Shown here in pieces: positions 27,902 through 37,517 of a stretch of 64,000 nucleotides of DNA (the first letter of the stretch is position 1; the number at the start of each line of letters is the position of its first letter). The DNA comes from a candidate division WOR-3 bacterium. Its GTDB lineage: Bacteria; Hydrothermota; Tepidihabitantia; Tepidihabitantales; Tepidihabitantaceae. The DNA is taken from positions 32,001-96,000 of the forward strand of contig CBFGJX010000007.1 of NCBI GenBank assembly GCA_965649225.1, given 5' to 3'. The notes beneath the pieces are model-generated. The model was not told the origin of the DNA. It made no database searches and saw only the letters and a program-made list of their open reading frames with translations. A program made the position numbers and the translations under genes.

Positions 27902-29406
27902 AGATACTCTGGATTGATGACGAGATTGAAATGCTCAGCCCGTTCATCTACGCCCTGCGCGACAAGGGCTATGAGGTCGTTACGGCGACCAACGGTCCGG
28001 ACGGACTTGAGCTGCAGAAGACCGCCGATTTCGATCTGGTGCTGCTGGACGAGATAATGACCGGGATGGACGGGCTGCAAGTGCTGGCGCAGTTGAAGGC
28101 GGCAGACCCCAATCTGCAGGTGGCGATGGTGACCAAGTCCGATGAAGAGCTGTTGATCAACGAGGCCTACGGCAAGCTGGTAGACGATTTCATCATCAAA
28201 CCATTCACGCCGGCGCAACTGCTGGCGGTGGTCAAGCGACTGCTGGAGAAGCAGAAGATTGTCGCCGGGCGCATCGGTAACGAGTATATGGCTGCGGCCG
28301 GGCGGGAGCGCGAGGCCCGGAACTGGTCAGACTGGGTTGCGGTCTATCGCAGCATTCTGCACTGGCAGCGGATGCTGGGCCGTTACGGCGATGCCGGGTT
28401 GAGCGAAGTACAGGCCGAACGCCGGCGCGACGCCAATGACGCCTTTGGCCGTTTTGTTGAAGCCGGCTATCGGGACTGGCTGGCCGGCTCGGGACCGCTG
28501 ATGTCACATCGTTTGATTGAGAATGTCGTCCGGCCGCTCTGGGAGGAGGGGCCGACCTGCCTGGTGGTTTTTGATTCGATGCGACTGGATCAGTGGGATG
28601 CGCTGGTGCCGCTGCTGCGTGACTATTTTGCCGTCGATACCCGTGAGTACTGTGCGATACTGCCAACGGCGACCCCTTATGCACGCAACGCGATTTTCAG
28701 CGGCATGCTGCCGCTGGAAATCTGGCGCCGCTACCCGAAGTACTGGGTTTTTGATGAAACCGGGCAGAACCGTTATGAGTCGGAATTGCTCGGCAACCTG
28801 CTGGAGCGGCTTCGCTTCACTGGCCGTTCGGCCTTTGTCAAGGTTGCCCGCGGCGAGGAACTGGAGCAAGCCCGTTCGTCACTGCTCGACCGCAATGTCC
28901 GGTTTGCCGCGATTGTGGTGAATTTCCTGGACCTGCTGATTCACGGGGTGCGTCAGACGCGGTTGCTGGATGAAGTTGCGCCCGACGATGCGGCGCTGGT
29001 GGGAATCACCCGAGTCTGGTTTGCCTCGTCGCCGGTGTATGAGCTGCTGCGGACTCTGGCCCGGCGTGGTGTCCGGGTTGTCGTAACCAGCGACCATGGC
29101 TTCATTCGGGTGCGGCGACCGACGCTGATCTACGGCGGGCGCGAGCTTTCGGCAAATCTTCGCTACAAACACGGCCCGGCTCTGCGTGTCGAGGCGCGGG
29201 ATGCTCTTCTCGTCGAGCGTCCCGCGGATTACCAGTTGCCGGTAGAAAATCCGGCGAACCGGTTCGCGATTGCCCGTTCTGATTACTATTTTATCTATCC
29301 GACCAAGCCGCGCGAGTACGAGAGGACCTACAAGTACACTCTTCAGCACGGCGGACTGTCGCTGGAAGAGATGATCGTCCCGGTGGCAGTGTTGCGGGCC
29401 CGATAA
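27898..29406 (+). CDS. PorX-like response regulator with PglZ/alkaline-phosphatase-like domain
   Basis: Receiver ILWIDDE...LLDE.M..MDG...KP; DSMRLDQW, ILPTAT.YARNAIFSG, TSDHG, QHGGLSLEEM. Confidence 0.9.
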   Translation: MKILWIDDEIEMLSPFIYALRDKGYEVVTATNGPDGLELQKTADFDLVLLDEIMTGMDGLQVLAQLKAADPNLQVAMVTKSDEELLINEAYGKLVDDFIIKPFTPAQLLAVVKRLLEKQKIVAGRIGNEYMAAAGREREARNWSDWVAVYRSILHWQRMLGRYGDAGLSEVQAERRRDANDAFGRFVEAGYRDWLAGSGPLMSHRLIENVVRPLWEEGPTCLVVFDSMRLDQWDALVPLLRDYFAVDTREYCAILPTATPYARNAIFSGMLPLEIWRRYPKYWVFDETGQNRYESELLGNLLERLRFTGRSAFVKVARGEELEQARSSLLDRNVRFAAIVVNFLDLLIHGVRQTRLLDEVAPDDAALVGITRVWFASSPVYELLRTLARRGVRVVVTSDHGFIRVRRPTLIYGGRELSANLRYKHGPALRVEARDALLVERPADYQLPVENPANRFAIARSDYYFIYPTKPREYERTYKYTLQHGGLSLEEMIVPVAVLRAR

Positions 29407-29704
29407 GATTCGGCAGTCGTCCGACCTTAACCATAATTATACCAAGTATTTTCAGGCAAATACCGCTAACAGTCTGATTGTCAGTATGTTATTAATCTAG
29501 ACTGCATCCGGACTCCCTCGTCTCGGAGGCGGTCGGTCACTGTTTGACGCTGTCGGCAGAGTTTGCTGAGAACGTCGGCTTCAGGGGCTGGTGGCGGGTG
29601 TGCAACGAGGTTGAACCGGGCGGGTGTAGAATCGGGTTGGCTGCTGGTGACCCGGGCGCCGGTCGGGTCGGAATGGATAGCTGTCCGGGTTCGACAGCGG
29701 TTTA

Positions 29705-32700
29705 CTAGCTCGTCTGGACAATCCGCACCGGGCGGAGACCGGTGAACACGAGCCAGGTCGAGATTTTGCGGTCGGGATAGATGCGCCTGAGCGCGGCGGC
29801 GTAGTGAAAGAGCTGGGCGTCGTGGTATTCCTGTGCGACACGCTCAAGCTCGGCCTCTTTGACCGCGAAGGTCTTGTAGTCGTAAATGCGGACTTCGTCA
29901 TCTTCGAAGATGACCCGGTCGATGCGGCCGGTCCAGACCGTCGTGCCGTCAGAATACATCACCGGCAGTTCGGTTTCGGCGCCGGCGCGGGGGGCAATGA
30001 TGGACCAGGCAGACTTGTCGGCAAGCAGGCGCTTGAGGTGCTTCAGTACGACCGGAACGATCTCAGGTGTCAGGTCCTTGATGGCGGGCGTCAGACTGGC
30101 GGGCAGGGTGTCTGCCGGCTGGTGGTTCTCGACTGTCGAAAGGGCGGCGTTGATGTCGGCCGGAGTAACCTTGCCCAGCGAAATCAGTTCGAGAATGTGG
30201 TGGACAGCGTCGCCGATGCCGATGGTTTCGTCCGGATGGCGTTTGAAATCGGAAGCGACGTTGCGGGTTATCGCATTGACGCGCGGAGGTGGCTGGACCG
30301 CAGCGGGACGCAGCACGCGGCGCGACGGGGCTTTGGCCGCGGCTTGGGCCGGGGCCGGGACATCGGGGATGGTGTCGGCGTTGACGCAGGAGACACCAGG
30401 GATGCCGAGGTCAGGAGAAAAGCGAAACTCCGCAGGTACAAGCTTCAGATGCTCCACCAGCCAGCCAAGCTGGGTCTTCTCGACTTTCCACTTCTGATCG
30501 CCGAGGGCGCCGACAAGGAACAGGCCGTCGCGGGCGCGGGTGCAGGCGACATAGAAGATGCGTTTCTCTTCCTCCAGTTCTTTTTGAACATAGGTCATGT
30601 GGAAATCGCTCTGCCGACGCAGGTTGGCATCGGGGAGCCAGGACACCAGTACCTCTTCCGGGCCGGTTTCCTCGATTACCAGTTCGCTCTTGGCGGATTT
30701 GTCAAGAGGCTTGAGCACCTCATCGAGTCCGGCGTAGAAGACCACCGGGAACTGCAGGCCCTTGGCGGCGTGGACTGTCATCAACTGGACCGCGTTGCGG
30801 CCTTCGGGTCTGACATCGGCCTTTGATTCGTCGGCGTCGGCTTTCTGGAGGGCGGAGATGATGCGCAGGGGCGTTTCACCGGCGGCGGCGCGGTTTTCGA
30901 TGAGCTCAAGCAGCTTGCGCAGGTTGGCGACCCGCTGGGGTTCCCAGAATGTCTGCCAGACCTTTTGCTCGGCCAGTACGGCTTCGAGAATACGGGCCAG
31001 CGGGCGCACCGGCACCAGCGCGCGCCAGCGGTCAAGCGTTGCAATGGCCGTGGCCAGCGGCGAGCCGGGCGGCGCGCTCACGCGGCAGCGTTCGAGCAGG
31101 GAGGGCGCGTCAGCCGAGTTGGCGAGAAAGATGTCGCGCTCGGGTATGCCGAAAACCGGACCGCGCAGGGTGGCGTAGAGCGCGAGGCTGTCGAACGGGT
31201 CAACCAGTGCGGTGGCAAGCTTGATGACATAGCGCACCTCGGGCTCTTGGTAGAACCCGGTGCCACCGCAGACGAGGAAGGGAATTCCGGCCGCGCGCAG
31301 GGCGTCTTCGAGCGCGGGCAGGCTCTGGCGCGAGCGAAACAGGATGCCGATGTCGGAGTAGTTGCAGGGCCGGGCGGTCTCGGTTCCGTCCGGGCTGCGG
31401 TTGTACACCGTGAACGGGTTGACCGGGTTGACCAGTGCGCGGATGCGGCGGGCAATCACACGGGCGCAGGTCTCGCGCCGCTCTTCGGCTTTGCCCTCGC
31501 CGGGCGCGATGATGACTTCGACCGCGCCGGGCGCGTCATTAGAGCGGGCGCGGCGGAATGGCGTGTAGCGGGTCTGCCAGGGTTCGGCCTTGTCTGCTTT
31601 CGGTGACATCAGGCTCGAGAAGAGCCGGTTGTTGAAGTCGATGATTGACTGGAGACTGCGGTAATTGTCTTCAAGCGTGATGCGGTTGACCTTGTCGCGA
31701 CCCAGCCATTCTTCGAGCTTGTCCGCGGCCTTGCTGAACACCTCGACCTTGGCGCCGCGGAAAAGGTAGATGGACTGTTTGTCGTCGCCGACGAGGAAAA
31801 TGGTCGGTTCGACGCCGCGGTCAGCCTTGGCGCCCGCACCCGAGCGCCACTCTTCGGTAAGTTTGTCGATGATGCCCCATTGCAGGTAGGAGGTGTCCTG
31901 AAACTCGTCCACGAGCAGGTGGTCGGTGTGTTCATCGAAGGCGCGCAGGACATTCTGCCAGTCCGGGTCGCGCTCGAGCAACTGCAGTGCAAGGTACTCC
32001 ATGTCGGCATAGTCAACCTGGCCGGCGTCGCGCTTGGCGGCTTCGTAGGCCGCGAGGAAGCGCTGGCGGAACAGCTCGAAGCTGCGGGTGAACTCGGCGG
32101 CATAGGCGTCGGCGCGCAGCAGGCTGTAGTACCGCCACAGCCGTTCGTTCCAGTCCTTCTCCGCTTCCTTGCCTTTGCCGCGGGGCCTGCGGGGCGTGCC
32201 GTTCTGGGTCAGAAACAGCTCGGACTGGGCTTGGAGCGTTTCGATTGCGGCGCGGACAGCGGCAGGGCTGAAATCAGTGGGGAACACAACGCCGGTGTCG
32301 GTCAGCCTTCGGGTGAGCGGGTCGGCGCGCAGGTCGTCGGTAAGCCGTTTGAGCAGTTCCCGGTCAACCAGTTCGACCCGGCCCCGGGCGATGTTGATCC
32401 GTTGCCCAAAGAATTTATCGAAAAGCTTGGACAGAGCTTCCCAGCCGATTCGCTCTTCCTTTGTGACGAGTTCGAGCAGAAGGTTCAGGGCATCGTTGTC
32501 CTGTTCCGACTGGGCGATGGCCATCAGCGCATCGTACTTGGCCGCAGTCCAGATTTCAGACGGATCGGGCAGGACATCAACGCGCGGGTCAAGGTCGAGC
32601 GACGGAGCGAACCGGCGGATGAGGGTCAGGCAGAAAGAGTGGATTGTCGAAATCCGGAGCTTGAGTGCGTCGAGGCGCAGGCGCTTTCCCAGTTCGGGGT

Positions 32701-32887
32701 CACGCTCGGATACGCGCTGGAAGATGCGTTCTTTCATTTCGGCCGCAGCCTTTTCGGTGAATGTCAGGGTCAGAATCCGCTCGGGCGGCACTCCGGCCTC
32801 GAGCAGTTCGATGTAGCGCCGGGTGAGCCGCTCGGTCTTGCCCGAGCCGGCCGGGGCAAAGATGACCTCGTGGCGCAGTTCCGACAT
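29705..32887 (-). CDS. addA: AddA-like UvrD helicase/nuclease
   Basis: APAGSGKT, TFTEKAA.EM, VDEFQDT, VGDDKQSIY.FRGA, NYRS, MTVHAAKGL, YVACTRA; C-terminal GRIDR...DYKT. Confidence 0.9.
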   Translation of the reverse strand: MSELRHEVIFAPAGSGKTERLTRRYIELLEAGVPPERILTLTFTEKAAAEMKERIFQRVSERDPELGKRLRLDALKLRISTIHSFCLTLIRRFAPSLDLDPRVDVLPDPSEIWTAAKYDALMAIAQSEQDNDALNLLLELVTKEERIGWEALSKLFDKFFGQRINIARGRVELVDRELLKRLTDDLRADPLTRRLTDTGVVFPTDFSPAAVRAAIETLQAQSELFLTQNGTPRRPRGKGKEAEKDWNERLWRYYSLLRADAYAAEFTRSFELFRQRFLAAYEAAKRDAGQVDYADMEYLALQLLERDPDWQNVLRAFDEHTDHLLVDEFQDTSYLQWGIIDKLTEEWRSGAGAKADRGVEPTIFLVGDDKQSIYLFRGAKVEVFSKAADKLEEWLGRDKVNRITLEDNYRSLQSIIDFNNRLFSSLMSPKADKAEPWQTRYTPFRRARSNDAPGAVEVIIAPGEGKAEERRETCARVIARRIRALVNPVNPFTVYNRSPDGTETARPCNYSDIGILFRSRQSLPALEDALRAAGIPFLVCGGTGFYQEPEVRYVIKLATALVDPFDSLALYATLRGPVFGIPERDIFLANSADAPSLLERCRVSAPPGSPLATAIATLDRWRALVPVRPLARILEAVLAEQKVWQTFWEPQRVANLRKLLELIENRAAAGETPLRIISALQKADADESKADVRPEGRNAVQLMTVHAAKGLQFPVVFYAGLDEVLKPLDKSAKSELVIEETGPEEVLVSWLPDANLRRQSDFHMTYVQKELEEEKRIFYVACTRARDGLFLVGALGDQKWKVEKTQLGWLVEHLKLVPAEFRFSPDLGIPGVSCVNADTIPDVPAPAQAAAKAPSRRVLRPAAVQPPPRVNAITRNVASDFKRHPDETIGIGDAVHHILELISLGKVTPADINAALSTVENHQPADTLPASLTPAIKDLTPEIVPVVLKHLKRLLADKSAWSIIAPRAGAETELPVMYSDGTTVWTGRIDRVIFEDDEVRIYDYKTFAVKEAELERVAQEYHDAQLFHYAAALRRIYPDRKISTWLVFTGLRPVRIVQTS

Positions 32888-35686
32888 CTATTCCTTCTCG
32901 ACCTGCGGGCCTGCGCCGCAGAGATAGCGGAAGTCACAGTTGTCGCAAGTGTCGTTCTTCGCCGGTTCGGCCCGGAAACGGCCTGAGCGGATGCCGGCCA
33001 TCACCTCTACCGTGGTCTCAAGGGCAGCCTTGACCAGTTCTTCGAGTGAATATTCCTTGCCGGCGAGCCAGCGGATGCGTGCTTCGCGCAGCGAGTAGAT
33101 GCCGATGTTGTCGACCGGCCGGCCGGTTGAGTCAGCGATGAGCTTGGCGTAGAGCGGAAGCTGGACGTGGGTTCGTTTCGCGACCACATCGTTGGCCGAG
33201 ATGTCTGCCTTGCCGGTCTTGTAGTCGAGCACGCGCAGGCCGTCGGGATGTTCGTCCAGGCGGTCGAGGCGGCCCTTGACTCTGATGTCTTTGGTGACTT
33301 GGCCTTCAAGTGTCAGCTCGGTTTCTTTCGGCTGCCAGTTCGCCGCGCGCAGCTCGGTTTCGATTTTCTTGATGCCGGGCAGGATGTTGTCGAACACGCG
33401 GCGCGCGGCTTCGGCCCAGAACGGTGGCAGGCCGGCTTCGCGCAGGGCGGCGTCAAATGCGGCCCGGGCTCGTTCTTCGAGTCGGGCGAGCGGCATCGGA
33501 CCTCCATGGTAGAGCCGGCCGAACGCGTCGTGGACTACCGTGCCCCATTGCTGGCTGCCGATCTCGAACTGTGGTTCGGACGGGCTTTCGACACCCAGCA
33601 CCCGTTCGAGATAGAAGCGATAGGGGCAGATGCGAAACGATTCAATCGCGGTGACCGATACGGCGCGGTCAGGGCCGAAACGTCTGGCAAGTTCGGCTCT
33701 GGCCGCGTCGTCGGACTCGTAGTCGACTTCGAAAGTCTGCTCGGTGAAGGAGCGGCCCGACCGAGCGCCGGCGTCGATCTGTTCTTCGATTGCCGCGCAA
33801 TACGGGCCGGGTTCAGGCGGCTTCAGCGTCGGCAACGAAAGAAATGGCGTGGTCAGGACCGGGTTGCCGCCTTCGGTTTCGAAGGCGCAGAGCAGCGGCG
33901 TTTCGACGGCGCCGTCAATGGCGGCACGCAGATGGAAGCGCTGGCGATCGCGATGCCGGTCAATGTCGGGAATGCTCAGTTTGCGGCGCAGGCGGTCGGG
34001 CAGAATCGGGTCGGTGCGATAGGAACCGGGAAGGTTGGTCTCAGTCAGATTGCCGACTATCAGCCGGCGCGGGTGCAGGTTGAGAATTTCGGTCAGGTTG
34101 ACAACCAGCACGCCGGCGGGCGCCGGCTCAGCTCTGCCGCGTTCCAGCCCGATGAGGTGGTTGAGCGTGCGGATGAAGGCGCGGCGCGATTCGGATTCGG
34201 CGCCGAACTCGGCTTCGAAGCCGGCCAGTTCGTCGAGGATGTCGTAGAGCGCGCCACGGTCTTCAAGCAGGGGCTCGGCTTCAGGCAGGGCAGTCGAAGC
34301 ACCGCGTCCGAAGCTGATCGCTTCCAGAAAAGCCTTGAGCCGGGCGGCCTGGTTGCCAAGAGTGTCGGTTGGTTCGAGCATCTTGTCGGCAAAGCCGATG
34401 GCCCGGCGCACGCGCGCCTGCAGGTCGTTGCAGAGAGGCTTCTCAAAGTCGTCGAGCCAGCCCTCGGCAGCCTCGAGCCGCTCGTAGATTTTCTTCCAGT
34501 TTTCTTTGCCCTTGATGATACCGGCGCGGCGTGAGATGTTGTTTACCGCCGCCGCAGCGGCACGGCAGGCGGTGTCGTCAGGGTCGTCAGGCAGGCGTAA
34601 CAGTTCGGGCAGCCAGTCTGATGATAGCGCAGCAGCGAAGGGCAGGCGCTGGAATTCGGTGTCGATCGCGCGGAGCAGCTCAATCACTGCCGCAACCGGT
34701 GGTGAAGCGCCGAGAGAGACGTCAGGATAGAGCGTGGCCGGTACGCCGTAGGACTCGAACACGCGCCGTACCAGCGGGGCACAAGCGGTCAGGTCGGGCA
34801 GGGCAACGATCGTGTCGGACAGGTCGGCTTGAGCCCGAAGGTGTCGGGCAATCCCCGCCAGTTGAGCTTCGCGATCGGCGAAAACATGGATTCCCGCCGG
34901 TCCTGGACGGGAGGGAGAAGAGGGTTCTTCGGTGGCAAATCCGCCCAGCTGTTCCAGCAGGGTGCGGAAGACACCGGTCAGCGCGTAGTCTTCGTCGCCG
35001 GGATCGCCGCTCCAGCAGGAGGCAACGGTGGTGTCGGCGGAATCAACCAGCGCGGCAATCAGTCCTGATTCAAGCGGATTCGGGTCGGCAAAGCCGTCGA
35101 GTATGACCACTTTCGGGGCGAGGCCAGCTGCGCCAAGCAGGTCGGGAGCGCGTGCGGCGATGTCTTGTTCGTCAACGAAGTTATGGCGCTGAAGCTGCTG
35201 TTGGTAGGCCTCGTAGACACCGAGGGCCTCGAGTGCGCGTTCGAGTGGTCTGGGGTATCCGGCAAGCTCCTCGTTGAACAGGGTCGCGAGGCTTTGCCGC
35301 TTTTCGGCCGGAACCCAGGTCTTGATATCGGCGATGAACTCAGCGACTGCACCGGCATAGCCCAGTGTCGGTGTTGCGCCCGGTCGCTGGAGCAGACGAC
35401 GCACGAGCAGCAGGCGCGAACTGTTGGAAAGCGGTCTGGCTGTCCCGGCATTGTGGAGGATTTCGCGCGCAAGCTGGCCCGGGGTAAGGAAGTGTGGCGG
35501 AATGAAGCCACTCCGGCCGCAGATTCCTGCGAATTCGTGTTCCGCCGAGCGCCGCTTCCGCTGGTTGGGCGCGAGATAAACGATTGAGCGATAGTCGGGA
35601 CCCGGTACGATTTTAAGCGCTTCTGCAAAAAGCCAACGGGTGACATCGGCGCAGCCGAAGCGGGCAAGCAGAACCCGACGGTTCAA
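32888..35686 (-). CDS. addB: AddB-like PD-(D/E)XK nuclease with Fe-S staple
   Basis: Inactive helicase-like N-terminus; CPYRFY, GRLDRLD...DYKTG, QLPLY, CDNCDFRYLC; adjacent to addA. Confidence 0.85.
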   Translation of the reverse strand: MNRRVLLARFGCADVTRWLFAEALKIVPGPDYRSIVYLAPNQRKRRSAEHEFAGICGRSGFIPPHFLTPGQLAREILHNAGTARPLSNSSRLLLVRRLLQRPGATPTLGYAGAVAEFIADIKTWVPAEKRQSLATLFNEELAGYPRPLERALEALGVYEAYQQQLQRHNFVDEQDIAARAPDLLGAAGLAPKVVILDGFADPNPLESGLIAALVDSADTTVASCWSGDPGDEDYALTGVFRTLLEQLGGFATEEPSSPSRPGPAGIHVFADREAQLAGIARHLRAQADLSDTIVALPDLTACAPLVRRVFESYGVPATLYPDVSLGASPPVAAVIELLRAIDTEFQRLPFAAALSSDWLPELLRLPDDPDDTACRAAAAAVNNISRRAGIIKGKENWKKIYERLEAAEGWLDDFEKPLCNDLQARVRRAIGFADKMLEPTDTLGNQAARLKAFLEAISFGRGASTALPEAEPLLEDRGALYDILDELAGFEAEFGAESESRRAFIRTLNHLIGLERGRAEPAPAGVLVVNLTEILNLHPRRLIVGNLTETNLPGSYRTDPILPDRLRRKLSIPDIDRHRDRQRFHLRAAIDGAVETPLLCAFETEGGNPVLTTPFLSLPTLKPPEPGPYCAAIEEQIDAGARSGRSFTEQTFEVDYESDDAARAELARRFGPDRAVSVTAIESFRICPYRFYLERVLGVESPSEPQFEIGSQQWGTVVHDAFGRLYHGGPMPLARLEERARAAFDAALREAGLPPFWAEAARRVFDNILPGIKKIETELRAANWQPKETELTLEGQVTKDIRVKGRLDRLDEHPDGLRVLDYKTGKADISANDVVAKRTHVQLPLYAKLIADSTGRPVDNIGIYSLREARIRWLAGKEYSLEELVKAALETTVEVMAGIRSGRFRAEPAKNDTCDNCDFRYLCGAGPQVEKE

Positions 35687-35716
35687 TGTCGTACCGCGAT
35701 TGCGGTCGCGCGAAAG

Positions 35717-35824
35717 CTACCGGTTGGCGGCTTTCTGAAGTGCCTTACGTGCTTCTTTCCGCCGCTTTGCCTTGATTTTCCAGCGATGGCGGATGCGGAC
35801 GAGTTTGGTCTTGCTGCGTGCCAT
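35717..35824 (-). CDS. 35-aa highly basic small protein (below the ORF-track cutoff)
   Basis: GAGGAG RBS then ATG; MARSKTKLVRIRHRWKIKAKRRKEARKALQKAANR; fits the gap between two co-oriented genes. Confidence 0.75.
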   Translation of the reverse strand: MARSKTKLVRIRHRWKIKAKRRKEARKALQKAANR

Positions 35825-35842
35825 AGTTCTCCTCAGTTTTTG

Positions 35843-37240
35843 TCAGCGGACAATACAAAGCCGACGAACATCGTTCCTGGTCACAACGAAGTAAACACCA
35901 GCAGGAATCAACCTGCCGGTAGCGAGATGCCGATCGGCGGTCACGTTGGTGTCGGCAGGTAGCTTCAGAATCAGCCGACCCAGCGGGTCGATGATTGACC
36001 CTGCGGCCGGGGCGAAACCCGCTGATGGTCCAGCCAACGAAGAGTGGTGCTCAGGCCGGATGATTGATGGCGGCTCAGCAACACCGGTAAAGGGCCGGCT
36101 GTGCAGGCAGAAAACCTGTGAGGATTCCGGCGTGCGGCCGGCGACGATGAGACAGTGCCCGTTCTGTTCAGCGGTAAGAGCAACGGCACCGCCGGATGTC
36201 TGGCCGTCAGCCCTGATGGTGGAGTTGAAGAACATTCCATTTGGCGTTCGCCAACAGTGGTATAGCTCCTCAGTATTAATGTTGCCGTTGATTCTTTCCC
36301 AGGTTATGTGGACCGCACCGGCGCTGCAGGCGAAGCCACGCAGCGCCGCGCTGGCATCAGCGGTCATCAGCCGGGCCGGTTGCCAGATTCGGCTGCCGGC
36401 AGGCCGGTTCAGATAATAGGTATGAAACGGCATGCCCCAGCCTTCGTTACCGGTGATGACGGTATGCAGTTCGCCATCCGGCCCAGCCGCGATAGCAGAC
36501 GAGTAATCCGCCGGATTGGGTGTCGCAAGAACTTCGTATTCCCAGACAGTATCTTGGCGAGTGTTGCCTTCGGCATGGTGGACGCGGTAAGCAGGATAAT
36601 TTCCGCCGCGGTAGGTGATGTGAATTCCGCCGTCGGGGGATAGGGCAATGAAGGGCTCGGCGCCGGAGCCAAAGTCGCCAAGCTCGCTGCCGTACAGGAT
36701 TTGTTGCCGCCATGTTCCTGAGTCCTGACGGGCGAACGCGATTCGCCACCGACCGGTTGAATCCCGCGTTATCCAGGCAACGTAAGCGTCGCCTGCCGGA
36801 TTGACGGCGACGGTGGGCCGGAAGTCATCGATGGTATCCGAGGTCAACCGCGTGATCTGCCATCGACCGTTGCGGCAGGCAGCGTGAAACACGTCGTGCC
36901 GGGTGCCCCAGGGTGCGCACCACACGACGTGAGGGGTGCCGCTGGTTGATTCGACAGCCAGTGCCGGCAGGGTTGCCGTGCTTTCGGCAATCACAACCGG
37001 GTCAGACCAGGCCGAATCGGCGGTCCGACGGCGGTAGACGATTCGGAAAGGAGCGTTGCCGGTGCGTTCAGTCCAGACGGCATGGAGCGTTCCCGAATTG
37101 TCGGCAACCAGCGACTGCCGCCCGACGGACTTTTCGCTGTTGCTGCTGGTCAGGGTGTCGATGGCGACAGTGACCCACCCCTGAGCAGTAGCGGTTGCAC
37201 CAGCGAGTACGGCTGCGGCTAAGAGGCGGGTAATCGACAC
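35843..37240 (-). CDS. Secreted beta-propeller-like repeat protein with degenerate C-terminal sorting domain
   Basis: Signal peptide; repeated P.lA....G..HvvW units; TGVAE linker, DPLGR, PAGVYFV...RLCIVR. Confidence 0.78.
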   Translation of the reverse strand: MSITRLLAAAVLAGATATAQGWVTVAIDTLTSSNSEKSVGRQSLVADNSGTLHAVWTERTGNAPFRIVYRRRTADSAWSDPVVIAESTATLPALAVESTSGTPHVVWCAPWGTRHDVFHAACRNGRWQITRLTSDTIDDFRPTVAVNPAGDAYVAWITRDSTGRWRIAFARQDSGTWRQQILYGSELGDFGSGAEPFIALSPDGGIHITYRGGNYPAYRVHHAEGNTRQDTVWEYEVLATPNPADYSSAIAAGPDGELHTVITGNEGWGMPFHTYYLNRPAGSRIWQPARLMTADASAALRGFACSAGAVHITWERINGNINTEELYHCWRTPNGMFFNSTIRADGQTSGGAVALTAEQNGHCLIVAGRTPESSQVFCLHSRPFTGVAEPPSIIRPEHHSSLAGPSAGFAPAAGSIIDPLGRLILKLPADTNVTADRHLATGRLIPAGVYFVVTRNDVRRLCIVR

Positions 37241-37243
37241 GGC

Positions 37244-37501
37244 TCAGTCGGTTACTTTGTAGACGACGTCGTTTTCGTGGCAGCGGCAGCCCACCTTCAT
37301 CCCGGCTTCGCCACCGATCTCCAGCTTGGCGATGGCCTGGTGTTCGATTTGAAGCGATTCAACAGTCTGGACGTGGTCGGTGTGGGCGCCTTTGATGTGG
37401 ATAGTGTCACCTACTGCCAGCGGCGCGTCGGTCGCGCGGATAACCGCAACTCCGACCTTGCCGAAGTAGTGCGTGATAATGCCAACCTTTGTTTCGGGCA
37501 T
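37244..37501 (-). CDS. Small beta-barrel protein (translation-factor-like / peptidase U32 C-terminal-like)
   Basis: VG.ITHYFGKVGVAVI...L.VGD.IHIKG..TD..Q.V.S.QI.H; GAGGAGG RBS. Confidence 0.85.
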   Translation of the reverse strand: MPETKVGIITHYFGKVGVAVIRATDAPLAVGDTIHIKGAHTDHVQTVESLQIEHQAIAKLEIGGEAGMKVGCRCHENDVVYKVTD

Positions 37502-37517
37502 GGTACCTCCTCGGTCG

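Noticed and set aside
27898..29406. BREX defence system (PglZ)
   Set aside because: PglZ is fused to a receiver domain and paired with a kinase; no brxC, pglX or brxL nearby.
32888..33700. Cas4 / CRISPR locus
   Set aside because: The Fe-S PD-(D/E)XK domain is the C-terminus of an AddB-like protein next to AddA; no repeats-spacers or cas genes were seen.
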